Notes: generated by a model not told the origin, from the letters alone. 54,930 nucleotides of DNA from Gemmatimonadota bacterium (GCA_046727995.1 JBKPDS010000100.1:1-54930); one strand, 5' to 3'; counted from the first letter of the stretch, positions 9,546 through 19,045 are shown. Numbers and translations are program-made.

Positions 9546-11969
9546 ATGGCTCAGCGCCGCGACAAATCCCCCGCGCGACAGGTCCCTCTTTCCCCTGCTG
9601 GAAGCGCGGCGCTCTCGGTGCCGCGCTTCGCGTTTGGCTGGGCCGCGCTCGTCTATGCTCTCGGCACCTTGTCTCTCGCCTATCCAGCGCTCGCCGGCCG
9701 GTTCCTCGTCAATCCACACAGCGATCAGTACATCGCCGGTTACGCCTTCCGGGAGTTCGCCGCATCGACGCTGAAAACGACCGGACATTTCCCGCTCTGG
9801 GATCCTTATCTCTTTGGCGGGCTGCCGTACGTCGCAGCGATGCATGGCGACATTTTTTATCCGACGTTCCTCTTGCGGATGATCATGCCCACCGACGCGG
9901 CGATGACGTGGGGCTTCATCATCCACATCTTCCTGGCCGGCCTTTTCACCTACGTGTTTCTGCGCGGTATCGGCTACGGATTCTTCGGCGCTCTGGTAGG
10001 CGGAATTGCCTACATGATGAGCGGACAGATCGCGTCCTCCGTCTCACCCGGCCACGATGGTAAGCTGTTCGTCAGTGCTCTCTTTCCGCTTGCCCTGCTT
10101 TTTCTCCATCGGGGAATCAGAGAAGGGAGGAACTGGACCTGGGGCGCTTTCGCGCTCATCGTCGGCTTGTGCGTGATCAGTCCACACCCGCAGCTGCTCC
10201 AATACATGCTGCTCGCGTCGGCAGCCTACGCACTCTTTGTTGCCTTCGCGACGTTCGATCGCGTTCGGCTGGCTCGCAGCATCGCCATCCGGCGACTGGC
10301 CATAGCGTTCGGTGCGGTGATCGTGGGATTGGCGATCGGAGCGGTGCAATACCTTCCCGTCCGCGAGTACGTAAAATGGTCACCGCGCGCCGGCGGCTTA
10401 TCAGACTATCGTTTGGCGACGAGCTACGCGTGGCCGCCGGAGGAGTTGCTCAACGCCTACCTCCCTCAGTTCTCAGGAATGCTCAACAACTACTGGGGCA
10501 GGAACGGCATCCATTTGCACAGCGACTACGTTGGCGTGGTAGTCCTGATGTTGGCTGGTGCTGCGTTTATCCGGCTTCGCGATGACTCCCATCGGAAGCA
10601 AATCATCTTCTGGTCCATCGCGCTCTTCGTCTCGATCCTTTGGTCGCTCGGCAGCGCGACACCGTTCTATCAGATCCCATACGCGCTGATTCCGGGGACG
10701 AAATACTTCCGCGCGCCGGCGACGATTTTCTTCGTTGGGACTCTCGCGCTCGCGGTTCTTGCGTGCTCTGGAACCGAGCGGCTGCTCAGACACCGCATCC
10801 CGCGCAAATACATCGTGGGTTGGCTTGTCTTCGGAGGTGCGATCGCAGTACTTGCCTCCGTCGGCGCCCTATCCAGCGTCGCCGAGTCTTTCGCCGACGA
10901 AAGACTTCTCGATCGGGTGCAGGGAAACAACGCGGCAGTGTTCCTCGGGGCCTGGCGCTCCTTTGTCTTTGTAGTGCTTCTGGCTGCACTCTGGTATGCG
11001 CTTTACCGGCAAAGGGTGGCGACGAGGATTGCGGCCTGGGCGGTTGTGGTACTGATGGTGATCGATCTCTGGAGCGTCGAGCGCATCTACTGGATGTTCT
11101 CCCCACCGGCGAAAGTCATTTACGCCAGCAACGCGATCATCGAAGCACTCAAGAGCGAACCACAGCCGGTGAGGGTGTTTGCGTTCCCGGTGCGAGGCAG
11201 TCGCGAGCCTGATGCCATTCTCACCGGTGACGCGCTGATGACGCATCGGCTCCGCAACGTGCTCGGCTATCACGGCAACCAGCTCGGTCGCTACAACGAT
11301 CTGGTCGGCCTCAACTCGGATGACAACCGGTTATTTACGCCGAATGTCCTCTCGCTGACGAACACGAAATACTTGCTCACCGACATCCCCGAGCTGCCGT
11401 TCATCGGCAACACGACCCTCACCAAAGGACCCGTCATCGACGCGTCCGGCGACACACTTTATCTCTATCGACTGAACGCGGAGAATCCATACTCGTGGGT
11501 GACTCCGATCGCCGTGAAGGCTCCCGATGAACAAGTACTCGCGACGGTGTTGAATCCAAGATTCGACGTGAAGCGCGCGGCGCTGTTCGACACGTCGGCC
11601 CAGGTCGCGGCCGCTCAGGGAGTTCAAACGCTACCGGCGCCGCTCACCATCACTTCGACCGTCCAGCATTACGAGCCGGGGCGAGTGCAGATCGCCCTCA
11701 GCAATCCGGCTCCCGCCGGATCATCGCTGGTCGTCTCCGAGAATTTCTATCCGGGGTGGGTCGCAACCGTGGACGGCAGAGAAGCGCGGATTGGACGCGC
11801 CGATTACACGCTGATTGGGGTCGAGCTGCCTCAGGGAGCGCGCAACGTCGAGCTTCGATTTACCAGTCCGGCGTACCAGCGTGGGAAGATGATTACCTGG
11901 ATCGCCATCTTGCTCGGAATTCTGATGCTTGGCGCCGGCGTCTGGCGCGATCGGAGAATCCTTGCCTGA
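9546..11969 (+). CDS. YfhO-family (GT-C-like) polytopic membrane glycosyltransferase
   Basis: PLWDPY..GGLP, FYP, many TM helices and C-terminal ENFYPGW.ATVDG. Confidence 0.85.
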   Translation: MAQRRDKSPARQVPLSPAGSAALSVPRFAFGWAALVYALGTLSLAYPALAGRFLVNPHSDQYIAGYAFREFAASTLKTTGHFPLWDPYLFGGLPYVAAMHGDIFYPTFLLRMIMPTDAAMTWGFIIHIFLAGLFTYVFLRGIGYGFFGALVGGIAYMMSGQIASSVSPGHDGKLFVSALFPLALLFLHRGIREGRNWTWGAFALIVGLCVISPHPQLLQYMLLASAAYALFVAFATFDRVRLARSIAIRRLAIAFGAVIVGLAIGAVQYLPVREYVKWSPRAGGLSDYRLATSYAWPPEELLNAYLPQFSGMLNNYWGRNGIHLHSDYVGVVVLMLAGAAFIRLRDDSHRKQIIFWSIALFVSILWSLGSATPFYQIPYALIPGTKYFRAPATIFFVGTLALAVLACSGTERLLRHRIPRKYIVGWLVFGGAIAVLASVGALSSVAESFADERLLDRVQGNNAAVFLGAWRSFVFVVLLAALWYALYRQRVATRIAAWAVVVLMVIDLWSVERIYWMFSPPAKVIYASNAIIEALKSEPQPVRVFAFPVRGSREPDAILTGDALMTHRLRNVLGYHGNQLGRYNDLVGLNSDDNRLFTPNVLSLTNTKYLLTDIPELPFIGNTTLTKGPVIDASGDTLYLYRLNAENPYSWVTPIAVKAPDEQVLATVLNPRFDVKRAALFDTSAQVAAAQGVQTLPAPLTITSTVQHYEPGRVQIALSNPAPAGSSLVVSENFYPGWVATVDGREARIGRADYTLIGVELPQGARNVELRFTSPAYQRGKMITWIAILLGILMLGAGVWRDRRILA

Positions 11970-12684
11970 TCGCGCTCTGGTCATCGTACCGACCTACAAT
12001 GAGCGGTTCAACATTGCACGACTGATCCCGGCGGTCCTGGCGCAGGACCCTTCGCTGGAGATGCTGATCGTGGACGATGGGTCGCCCGATGGCACCGGTG
12101 GTGTCGTCGACGCGATTGCCGCCAACAACGAACGAGTCCACGTGATTCACAGAGAGGGGAAGCTGGGACTGGGCACCGCCTATATTGCGGGGTTCCGGTG
12201 GGCGCTGGAGAGAAAGTACGACGTTGTGTTCGAGATGGACGCCGATTTCTCCCACAACCCCGAGATGCTCCCGGAATTTCTCCAGTCAGTCAAGGAGGCC
12301 GATCTCGTCCTTGGCTCCCGGTACCTGGGTGGTCGGGTGAATGTCGTGAACTGGCCAATGAGCAGATTGTTTCTGAGCTACGCTGCCAACATTTACGCGC
12401 GAGGCGTCACGGGCCTGCCGGTTGCCGACGCTACCGGTGGCTTCAAGTGCTTCCGTCGGAATGTACTTGAATCAATCGACCTAACCTCCGTAAAATCCAA
12501 CGGTTATGCGTTCCAGATCGAGATGTCGTTTCGCGCTTGGAAACGCGGCTTCCGACTCGTCGAAATTCCCATCATCTTCGTGGATCGCACCGAGGGGGTG
12601 AGCAAGATGTCGAAGAAGATCGTCCGCGAAGCTGTCTGGATGGTCTGGCGTCTGCGCTGGTGGAGTCTGACGGGAAGGATCTGA
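11962..12684 (+). CDS. Polyprenol-monophosphomannose synthase (Dpm1/Ppm1-like GT2)
   Basis: IVPTYNE, VDDGSPDGT, KLGLGTAY, EMDADFSH, DATGGF and GYAFQIE motifs; TTG start overlapping the yfhO stop. Confidence 0.9.
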   Translation: MPDRALVIVPTYNERFNIARLIPAVLAQDPSLEMLIVDDGSPDGTGGVVDAIAANNERVHVIHREGKLGLGTAYIAGFRWALERKYDVVFEMDADFSHNPEMLPEFLQSVKEADLVLGSRYLGGRVNVVNWPMSRLFLSYAANIYARGVTGLPVADATGGFKCFRRNVLESIDLTSVKSNGYAFQIEMSFRAWKRGFRLVEIPIIFVDRTEGVSKMSKKIVREAVWMVWRLRWWSLTGRI

Positions 12685-13514
12685 TGTCACCTCGCCCAAC
12701 GGGACAGCACTTCTACAAAATGACCGGGTCGGGAAACGACTTCGTCGTTTTCGATTCTACGGACGGTCGCACGGCCCACCTCGAGAATGGCGACGCAATC
12801 CGGTCGCTCTCCGCCCGCGGCACGGGCGTCGGCGCAGACGGTGTCGTCTTCCTCGAGAAGGTGCGGGATGGCGACATCCGCATGCGCTACTATAACAGCG
12901 ATGGCTCCGAGGCCTCGCTGTGCGGTAACGCCAGCCTTTGCACGACCCGTCTGGCGGTCGAGTTGGGCCACTCCCAGGCGGGCGGGTTCATCCTTCACAC
13001 CGCTGCTGGATCCCTCAAGGCCCGCATTCGGGACAACCTGCCCGAGGTCGACCTCGAGCCGGTGCGGGAAGTAAGGGCCGATGCCAGAGAGCTGGGCATG
13101 AAGCCGGGCGAGCGCCGCCTCGGCTACGCTCGGGTCGGCGTACCTCACGTGGTGGTTGAAGTCCCGGATATCGAGGCTGCCGACGTAGCGGGCCGCGGTC
13201 CTGAGCTGCGCAATCACCGGTCGCTGGCGGACGGCGCCAATGTGAACTTCGTCGCCAAGGCGTCCGACGGCAGCTTTGCTTACCGAACCTTCGAGCGCGG
13301 CGTCGAGGGCGAGACCCTGGCGTGCGGGACCGGTGCGGTCGCCACGGCGATCATGCTTTCGGATTGGGGCGAATCGGGCAGGGAAACGGTCCTCTGGACG
13401 CGATCTTCGCTGCCTTTGACCGTGACTCTCAGGCGCGAGGGCGATGCCTGGCTACCATCGCTCCGTGGCGAAGGAAGAATCGTCTTCGAGGGCGAGATTC
13501 GCGATCTCGATTGA
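12684..13514 (+). CDS. dapF: Diaminopimelate epimerase
   Basis: KMTGSGNDF, GVGADG, NSDGS.ASLCGN and ERGVEGETLACGTG (both catalytic Cys present). Confidence 0.95.
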   Translation: MSPRPTGQHFYKMTGSGNDFVVFDSTDGRTAHLENGDAIRSLSARGTGVGADGVVFLEKVRDGDIRMRYYNSDGSEASLCGNASLCTTRLAVELGHSQAGGFILHTAAGSLKARIRDNLPEVDLEPVREVRADARELGMKPGERRLGYARVGVPHVVVEVPDIEAADVAGRGPELRNHRSLADGANVNFVAKASDGSFAYRTFERGVEGETLACGTGAVATAIMLSDWGESGRETVLWTRSSLPLTVTLRREGDAWLPSLRGEGRIVFEGEIRDLD

Positions 13515-13662
13515 CAGACTGTCGCCGCTAGGTCTACAAACTGTCGGCAGCGACCAGTTTAAAGCGCTTTGTTACATCACGCCTGTAAATACGGCTCAGC
13601 CAGCGGGTTCAGGGTGCGATGGTGGATAGAAGTGGACTTCTCCACATTCAAACCCCGAGGTT

Positions 13663-13690
13663 AGTTGACATAATCTATCTTATACGCATA
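13663..13690. other. XerCD dif-like recombination site (11-6-11)
   Basis: Reverse complement reads TATGCGTATAA-GATAGA-TTATGTCAACT, compared with E. coli dif GGTGCGCATAA-TGTATA-TTATGTTAAAT; AT-rich intergenic position at the strand-switch point. Confidence 0.8.
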
Positions 13691-13727
13691 TGTCCGCCAT
13701 CAAAGGAGCTGCCTCCCCGCGGCAATG

Positions 13728-13755
13728 AAAAAGGCCGCGCACTTGGCGGCCTTTT
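13728..13755. terminator. Bidirectional intrinsic terminator between convergent transcription units
   Basis: aaaaaggccgc-gcacttg-gcggcctttt stem with A/T tails on both sides. Confidence 0.8.
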
Positions 13756-13782
13756 GAATCACCGAGCGGGCTCTACGAGGTT

Positions 13783-14442
13783 TTAGATCTTCATTGGCGC
13801 GGCGAGAAGCTCTCCCAGCCTGACGCGTGCCTCGGCAGCCATTGGCCCGCTCTCGTCCTTCGCCAAATCCCGCCAGATCGCCACCGCCTCATCCCGCTTT
13901 CCTGCGGCGGCGTAGTCTCTCGCCGCCGAGGCCAGGTACTCGGCTTTGTCGGCTGGAAACCGCGTTACGTCCGCAGCTAGTTTGTACTGCTCAGCTGCAG
14001 CTGGATAGTTGTTGAGCTGCTCATAGCCAGCCGCCTCGAGGACGTGAACCGAGGCTTTGAAATCATCGGGGAGCTTCCCCTCGGCCTTCTTGAGGGCAGC
14101 GACGCCTTCCTTGAACTTCTTCTGATCGTAGTAGGCCTGAGCCAGCGAGAGAGCCGCTTGGGCGCCCGCCTGGGTGCCCTGGTACCGGGTGACGACCTTT
14201 TGGAGGTCAGCCACCGCCTGCGGCAGGTTCCCCGATACGGCGGACTGACGCGCCTGGAAGTAGGCTGATTCAGCTCGCTGCGCTCTGATCGATTGTGACC
14301 GCTGGTAGAACCAAAGCCCGCCGACGATCACCGCCAATGCGACCACGCCCCAGGTGACCTGGCGGTTGTGGAGCATCAACCAATCAACTATCGATTCCTC
14401 GTCGCCCGATCGCTTCCGGACCGGAGCATTTGGAGCTGTCAT
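13783..14442 (-). CDS. Membrane-anchored TPR protein (YfgM-like)
   Basis: N-terminal TM helix (VTWGVVALAVIVGGLWFY) followed by Ala-rich TPR helices; start set at ATG 14442 because the longer ORF overlaps the tRNA. Confidence 0.7.
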   Translation of the reverse strand: MTAPNAPVRKRSGDEESIVDWLMLHNRQVTWGVVALAVIVGGLWFYQRSQSIRAQRAESAYFQARQSAVSGNLPQAVADLQKVVTRYQGTQAGAQAALSLAQAYYDQKKFKEGVAALKKAEGKLPDDFKASVHVLEAAGYEQLNNYPAAAEQYKLAADVTRFPADKAEYLASAARDYAAAGKRDEAVAIWRDLAKDESGPMAAEARVRLGELLAAPMKI

Positions 14443-14479
14443 TTCTGGAGATCGTGAAGGATGTCGGCAAACCAGCGAG

Positions 14480-14553
14480 TGCCCCCGGGGTGACTCGAAC
14501 ACCCGGCCAACGGTTTAGGAAACCGCTGCTCTATCCACCTGAGCTACGGGGGC
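14480..14553 (-). tRNA. tRNA-Arg(CCT), CCA not encoded
   Basis: GCCCCCG-TAGCTCAGGTGGATAGAGCA-GCGGT-TTCCTAA-ACCGT...GGGTGTTCGAGTCACCC-CGGGGGC-A cloverleaf. Confidence 0.95.
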
Positions 14554-14627
14554 CAGAATCACGAATCTGGATGCCGGGAGAACCCTGGTGATTCAGGGGC
14601 TGAATCTAGTCTGCCAATCTCTGATCT

Positions 14628-14648
14628 AAAAGGTAGGATCGCCCTACC
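14628..14648 (-). terminator. Probable intrinsic terminator after acyP
   Basis: Minus strand reads GGTAGG-GCGAT-CCTACC-TTTT. Confidence 0.55.
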
Positions 14649-14663
14649 AGCGCCTCATTCCGC

Positions 14664-14939
14664 TCAACGCACAATCTCGAATGGCGTGCGAAGCGACTCG
14701 ATCGAAACAGGCGAGAGATTGCGCACCTCCTCTACCCTCGCGCCTCGCGGTCCCGCTTTTACTGCCGCTTCGAGTCGCGCCAGCGCGTCGCGCTCACCGG
14801 CCGCCGCGATTTCTACCTTTCCGTCGCTCTTGTTTCTGACCCAGCCGGCAAGCTTCAATTGCTGCGCTTTCTCGACGACGTACCACCGAAATCCCACACC
14901 TTGCACCCGACCATGGATCTCGAGATGAATGGTTTCCAT
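14664..14939 (-). CDS. acyP: Acylphosphatase
   Basis: GRVQGVGFR and GWVRN..DGKVE motifs, followed by GP..ARV. Confidence 0.93.
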   Translation of the reverse strand: METIHLEIHGRVQGVGFRWYVVEKAQQLKLAGWVRNKSDGKVEIAAAGERDALARLEAAVKAGPRGARVEEVRNLSPVSIESLRTPFEIVR

Positions 14940-14946
14940 CTCCGAG

Positions 14947-15594
14947 CTATCGCTTGATGCCAAGGAGAGCGGCTAAGGTAGCGGCCATCGCCGTTGGATC
15001 GGCGGCTGTGCCTGGCGCCGGCAGCGCGAGCTCGCCGTTCCGGATCCTTTGAGCGATCTGGTCGAGGGCGGTCGCAATCGCCTGAGCGGCCGTCGGTTTC
15101 GGCTCTCTCGGGTGAGGCGCCTCCGAATCCCAATCGGTCGTGGCCCACGCGGTCGTTGCTTCACTCTCGGCGGATGATTCACCCAGCGCGGCGGCCGCAC
15201 GCCAATCGTACTGCTGCCAGTCCGTCTCGCCCCAATCGGCTGCTGGACTGTCGGCGGCGGCGAAATCCTCGACTGCCGGAAGCGGATCGATGAAATGCTC
15301 GACCGGCGGCAGCTCATCTTCCTCGACGACCGCTTCCTCCAGCGTCTCCGCGTCGACAACGACTGGGGCGGCCGCGGCAACGGAGACGTCGAGAAACCTT
15401 TCGATCGGCGGCAGCGACGCGACAGGCGCAGTTTGGGTGTCGCTCGCGTACTCCAGGCGCAGCGCTTCCATTCGCTCGCGGTCCGCACCAGGAACGAAGG
15501 GCCGCGACACAGCAAAGTCGGCGGACCCGACCGCTGGTTGCGCTTTTATCGGAGTTCGGCGTGGAACGAACGGTCGCTCAGGCGGTTGTTGCAC
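14947..15594 (-). CDS. Hypothetical acidic, Pro-rich protein with a C-terminal helical segment
   Basis: Fills the pcm-acyP gap with a 1-bp overlap with pcm; no recognisable family. Confidence 0.6.
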   Translation of the reverse strand: MQQPPERPFVPRRTPIKAQPAVGSADFAVSRPFVPGADRERMEALRLEYASDTQTAPVASLPPIERFLDVSVAAAAPVVVDAETLEEAVVEEDELPPVEHFIDPLPAVEDFAAADSPAADWGETDWQQYDWRAAAALGESSAESEATTAWATTDWDSEAPHPREPKPTAAQAIATALDQIAQRIRNGELALPAPGTAADPTAMAATLAALLGIKR

Positions 15595-16256
15595 TACATG
15601 TCCTCCCAGCTGTATTTCCCCAGCAGCGGCACGAAACGCACCGGCGCGATTTCCTCTCCCTCCAGTTTATCACCGCGCCGCGTGAACATGTAAAGGGTTT
15701 GCTCATCGCGATCGCCGAGCGGAATGAGTATCCGTCCGCCCTCCTTCAGCTGTTCGTGATAAGTGGATGGCACGTCGGGAGCGCCGGCACCGACAAGTAT
15801 GGCATCATATGGTGCGTATTGTCGCCAGCCCAGAGTACCGTCGCCGAGCAGAAAGGAAATGTTGCGCGCGCCGATTTGCTGGATGGTCTCGCGTGCCTTG
15901 TCGAGCAGAGCCGGAATTCGCTCGATCGAGAATACCTGGCCCGCCAGGTGGGACAAGAGCGCCGTCTGGTAGCCGGATCCGGTTCCGATCTCCAGCACTT
16001 TCTCATCCCCTTTCAGTTTGAGCAGCTCGAGATATCGCGCGTGAATCGAAGGTTGGGAGATCGTCTGGCCATTTCCGATCGGGAGCGCCGAGTCTTCGTA
16101 AGCGCGATGCCGCACGCCCGTGGGAACGAAAAGATGTCGTGGCACCTCATCGATCGCGTGCAGGACAGCGAGATCCTTGATGCCTTGTTCGTGCAGCAAC
16201 TCGACCAGGCGCCGGCGAGGACCCCGATACTCGAGGTCTAGGGGTGCTGCCACCAC
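15594..16256 (-). CDS. pcm: Protein-L-isoaspartate O-methyltransferase
   Basis: VPRHLF, AY.D.ALPIG.GQTISQP, VLEIGTGSGYQ and VRFVPL; follows surE. Confidence 0.96.
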   Translation of the reverse strand: MVAAPLDLEYRGPRRRLVELLHEQGIKDLAVLHAIDEVPRHLFVPTGVRHRAYEDSALPIGNGQTISQPSIHARYLELLKLKGDEKVLEIGTGSGYQTALLSHLAGQVFSIERIPALLDKARETIQQIGARNISFLLGDGTLGWRQYAPYDAILVGAGAPDVPSTYHEQLKEGGRILIPLGDRDEQTLYMFTRRGDKLEGEEIAPVRFVPLLGKYSWEDM

Positions 16257-16999
16257 CGCTCCGCCGAAGCGAGCATCGCGTGATGGGTAAGATCGAGGTG
16301 CAGCGGCGTTACGGATATGTACCCCTCTTGTATCGCGCGAAAATCTGACGTCTCTTCTCCCGACCAGGCGATCGATCCGCCGCCAATCCAGTAGATCTGA
16401 CGCCCCCAGGGATCCTGCATTGGCTTGAGCGAATCGGAATACACCCGCCTGCCAAGTCGTGTCAGCCGAACGCCGATGATCTCATCACCACGCAACGGCG
16501 GCAGGTTGATGTTGAGCAGTGTGTGCTCCGGAAACGACGGCAGGGATAAGACGTGCCGAAGAAGATCGCGCAACGGCGCGATCTGGTCACGGAGCATGCT
16601 GACATCGGTGCGCAGGTCGCCACCGGCGAAGGAAATTGCCAGCGACGGTATGCCAAGCGACAGCCCTTCCATCGCCGCGGCGACGGTGCCGGAGTAGAGG
16701 ACATCCTCACCCATGTTCTGACCGTGATTGATCCCGCTGAGAACGAAATCGGGCCGGTCCGGCATCAACGCTTCAACTGCCAGCATCACGCAGTCGGTGG
16801 GAGTTCCATCCACCTGGTAGCGGCGCTCACCACGCTCGATCGGTCGAATTGGATGATGAAGCGTCAGCGAATGACTGGTCGCGCTTTGCTCCCGATCGGG
16901 CGCGACCACTGTGATCTCCCCCAGTGGCTCGGCTGCTTCAATCAGGCATGCGAGTCCCTGCGCGAGGATGCCGTCGTCGTTGGTGCAAAGGAGTCTCAA
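16238..16999 (-). CDS. surE: 5'/3'-nucleotidase SurE
   Basis: TNDDG, GTPTDCV, SGINHGQN, YSGTVAAAMEG and SVTPL; TTG start overlapping the upstream stop. Confidence 0.95.
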   Translation of the reverse strand: MRLLCTNDDGILAQGLACLIEAAEPLGEITVVAPDREQSATSHSLTLHHPIRPIERGERRYQVDGTPTDCVMLAVEALMPDRPDFVLSGINHGQNMGEDVLYSGTVAAAMEGLSLGIPSLAISFAGGDLRTDVSMLRDQIAPLRDLLRHVLSLPSFPEHTLLNINLPPLRGDEIIGVRLTRLGRRVYSDSLKPMQDPWGRQIYWIGGGSIAWSGEETSDFRAIQEGYISVTPLHLDLTHHAMLASAERWWQHP

Positions 17000-17673
17000 C
17001 GCCTGAAGATCCCCGCGCGGTGTCGCCACAAAACCTTGATCACCAGCCACGCGTCGCGAAACTCGCGGAAATAACTGGGCGATCCATAGATGGTCGAGAT
17101 CGGCACGTTGACCGTGGTGAAGCCTGCGCGCGCCGCTCGGATGATGAAGTCAGTCTCGAATTCGTAGCGGTCGCCAACCGCATTGACTTTCCGCAGCACC
17201 TCCGCCTTGATGGCGCGGTAGCCGGACTGGCTGTCGCGCACTTTTCCGCCAGAGACCGCGCGCGTCGCCGCCGACGAGATCATGTTCGCGATGCGCCTGT
17301 GCATCGGCACGGCTTTGCCAGAGAGATCGCGAGTGCCGATGACAATATCGGCCCGATCCAGCGCGCCGACCAATGCCGGAGCGAATGCCGGATCGTGCTG
17401 GCCGTCCGAGTCGATGGTGAGAACGGCCGCCGCACCGTTCTTCAGAGCTTCATCGAATCCGGCGCGAAGAGCCGCGCCCTTCCCCCGATTCTTTTCGAAT
17501 TCGATGGTTTCGTCGGCAACGGTTTTCATCAGCTGGCCGGAGCCATCGGTCGATCCATCATCGACACCGATGATCATGGCATTGGGAAGAGTACGGCGAA
17601 CTCCCTTCACCACGTTCGCGAGCGTCGGCTCGGCGTTGTACGCGGGAACGATGACGACGAGTGGCTCGATCAA
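16996..17673 (-). CDS. GT2 glycosyltransferase
   Basis: VPAYNA, VDDGSTD, NRGKGAAL, DSDGQH and DSQSGYR motifs. Confidence 0.88.
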   Translation of the reverse strand: MIEPLVVIVPAYNAEPTLANVVKGVRRTLPNAMIIGVDDGSTDGSGQLMKTVADETIEFEKNRGKGAALRAGFDEALKNGAAAVLTIDSDGQHDPAFAPALVGALDRADIVIGTRDLSGKAVPMHRRIANMISSAATRAVSGGKVRDSQSGYRAIKAEVLRKVNAVGDRYEFETDFIIRAARAGFTTVNVPISTIYGSPSYFREFRDAWLVIKVLWRHRAGIFRR

Positions 17674-18053
17674 GTTTCGTTTCCTCTTTCTTGTTCTTCG
17701 ATCTGGCCGTCGAGTATTGCCAGGATTGATCGCAGATCGGTCTCCATCGATTCGACGGCCTGCGAATCCAGTGCCGCGCGTGCCACGCTCCGCAGCTCAC
17801 CGCTCTTTCGATAGTCGTCGATCTTCTGACGCGCGCCGTCGATCGTGTACTTCTCGGTGTAGAGCAGCTGCTTGACGAGCATGATCAGCTCGATCTCGCG
17901 TCTCTGATAGACACGATTGCCCGATCGGTTCTTTGCCGGATGGAGAAACTTGAACTGGCTTTCCCAGTAGCGCAGCACGTGGGGTTTCAAATCGGTGAGC
18001 GTGCAGACGTCACCGATTGAAAAGAACTCCTGCACGGGTTCCTTTGCTTTCAT
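17670..18053 (-). CDS. MerR-family transcriptional regulator
   Basis: FSIGDV...PHVLRYWE...GNRVY...YTIDGA helix-turn-helix pattern. Confidence 0.88.
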   Translation of the reverse strand: MKAKEPVQEFFSIGDVCTLTDLKPHVLRYWESQFKFLHPAKNRSGNRVYQRREIELIMLVKQLLYTEKYTIDGARQKIDDYRKSGELRSVARAALDSQAVESMETDLRSILAILDGQIEEQERGNET

Positions 18054-19045
18054 CAGTCTACCTCCGCTCGGAGCTCCCTCGACATGAGCGCGCCGATGGC
18101 GCTCCGTGCCGCATGGCCCTCGAACAGGACACGGTTCACTGCGTCGACGATTGGCATTTCTACTCCTTCGCGCACGGCCAGCTGGCGGGCGCTCTGCGCC
18201 GCGAGCACCCCTTCAGCGACTGTCTCTCGATCACGCAACACTTCGTCCAGCTCTCTTCCCTTCCCGACCTCGACACCCACAGCTCGGTTGCGACTGAGGG
18301 ATCCAGTGCACGTGAGCACCAGATCGCCAAGCCCGGCCAGTCCCGCGAAGGTGCTGTCCTCCGCGCCGAGCGCCACGCCCAGCCGCGTCATTTCGGCGAG
18401 TCCTCGCGTAATCAAAGCCGCTCTGGCGTTGAAGCCTAGTCCCAACCCCTCGGCGATTCCGGTCGCCACCGCCATGACGTTCTTCAGCGCCCCACCGAGC
18501 TCGACACCGATGACGTCTGTGTGAGTGTAAGTGCGAAAATACGGGGAGCTGAGAGCGCGCTGTGCGACAGCGGCGGCGCCGTCCTGATGCGATGCCACGA
18601 CGACCGCCGTTGGCTGGCAGGCAACCACTTCCACCGCGAAGCTTGGTCCCGACAGGGCAATCACTGTCGCGCCTTTCACTTCCTGCTCGACGATTTCTGT
18701 CATCAAGCTGAGCGTGCCCTTCTCGATCCCTTTCGTCGCCACCACCAGCGGCGCTGAAGCCGGCAGTGTAGCGGCCACCGCTTTGACGATCGAGCGCAGA
18801 ACGTTCGATGGCGTCGCGAACAATACCAGATCCGCGCCGGTGGTCGTCCCGCTCAGCTCGCCGAGCGCCCGAATCGATTCACTCAGTTGGTGCCCGCGCA
18901 GGAATCTGACGTTCTCGTGATTGCGGTTGATCGAATCGACGACGTCGGGCTCGTACGCCCACAGTCGAACTTCGTGCTTGTTGCGGGCGAGCAGGTCCGC
19001 CAGCGCCGTACCCCACGCCCCTGCCCCCACCACCGCGCACCGCAT
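18053..19045 (-). CDS. gpsA: NAD(P)H-dependent glycerol-3-phosphate dehydrogenase
   Basis: GAGAWGTA, TKGIE, SGPSFA, GALKNV and GLGDLVLTC..SRN. Confidence 0.96.
   Translation of the reverse strand: MRCAVVGAGAWGTALADLLARNKHEVRLWAYEPDVVDSINRNHENVRFLRGHQLSESIRALGELSGTTTGADLVLFATPSNVLRSIVKAVAATLPASAPLVVATKGIEKGTLSLMTEIVEQEVKGATVIALSGPSFAVEVVACQPTAVVVASHQDGAAAVAQRALSSPYFRTYTHTDVIGVELGGALKNVMAVATGIAEGLGLGFNARAALITRGLAEMTRLGVALGAEDSTFAGLAGLGDLVLTCTGSLSRNRAVGVEVGKGRELDEVLRDRETVAEGVLAAQSARQLAVREGVEMPIVDAVNRVLFEGHAARSAIGALMSRELRAEVD

Noticed and set aside
13515-13660. Small hairpins and a 61-aa ORF after dapF
   Set aside because: The stems are short and imperfect and the ORF overlaps dapF; not enough support for an RNA or gene call.
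13515-14553. Integrated element at tRNA-Arg or the dif-like site
   Set aside because: No integrase, duplicated att sequence or foreign cargo visible.
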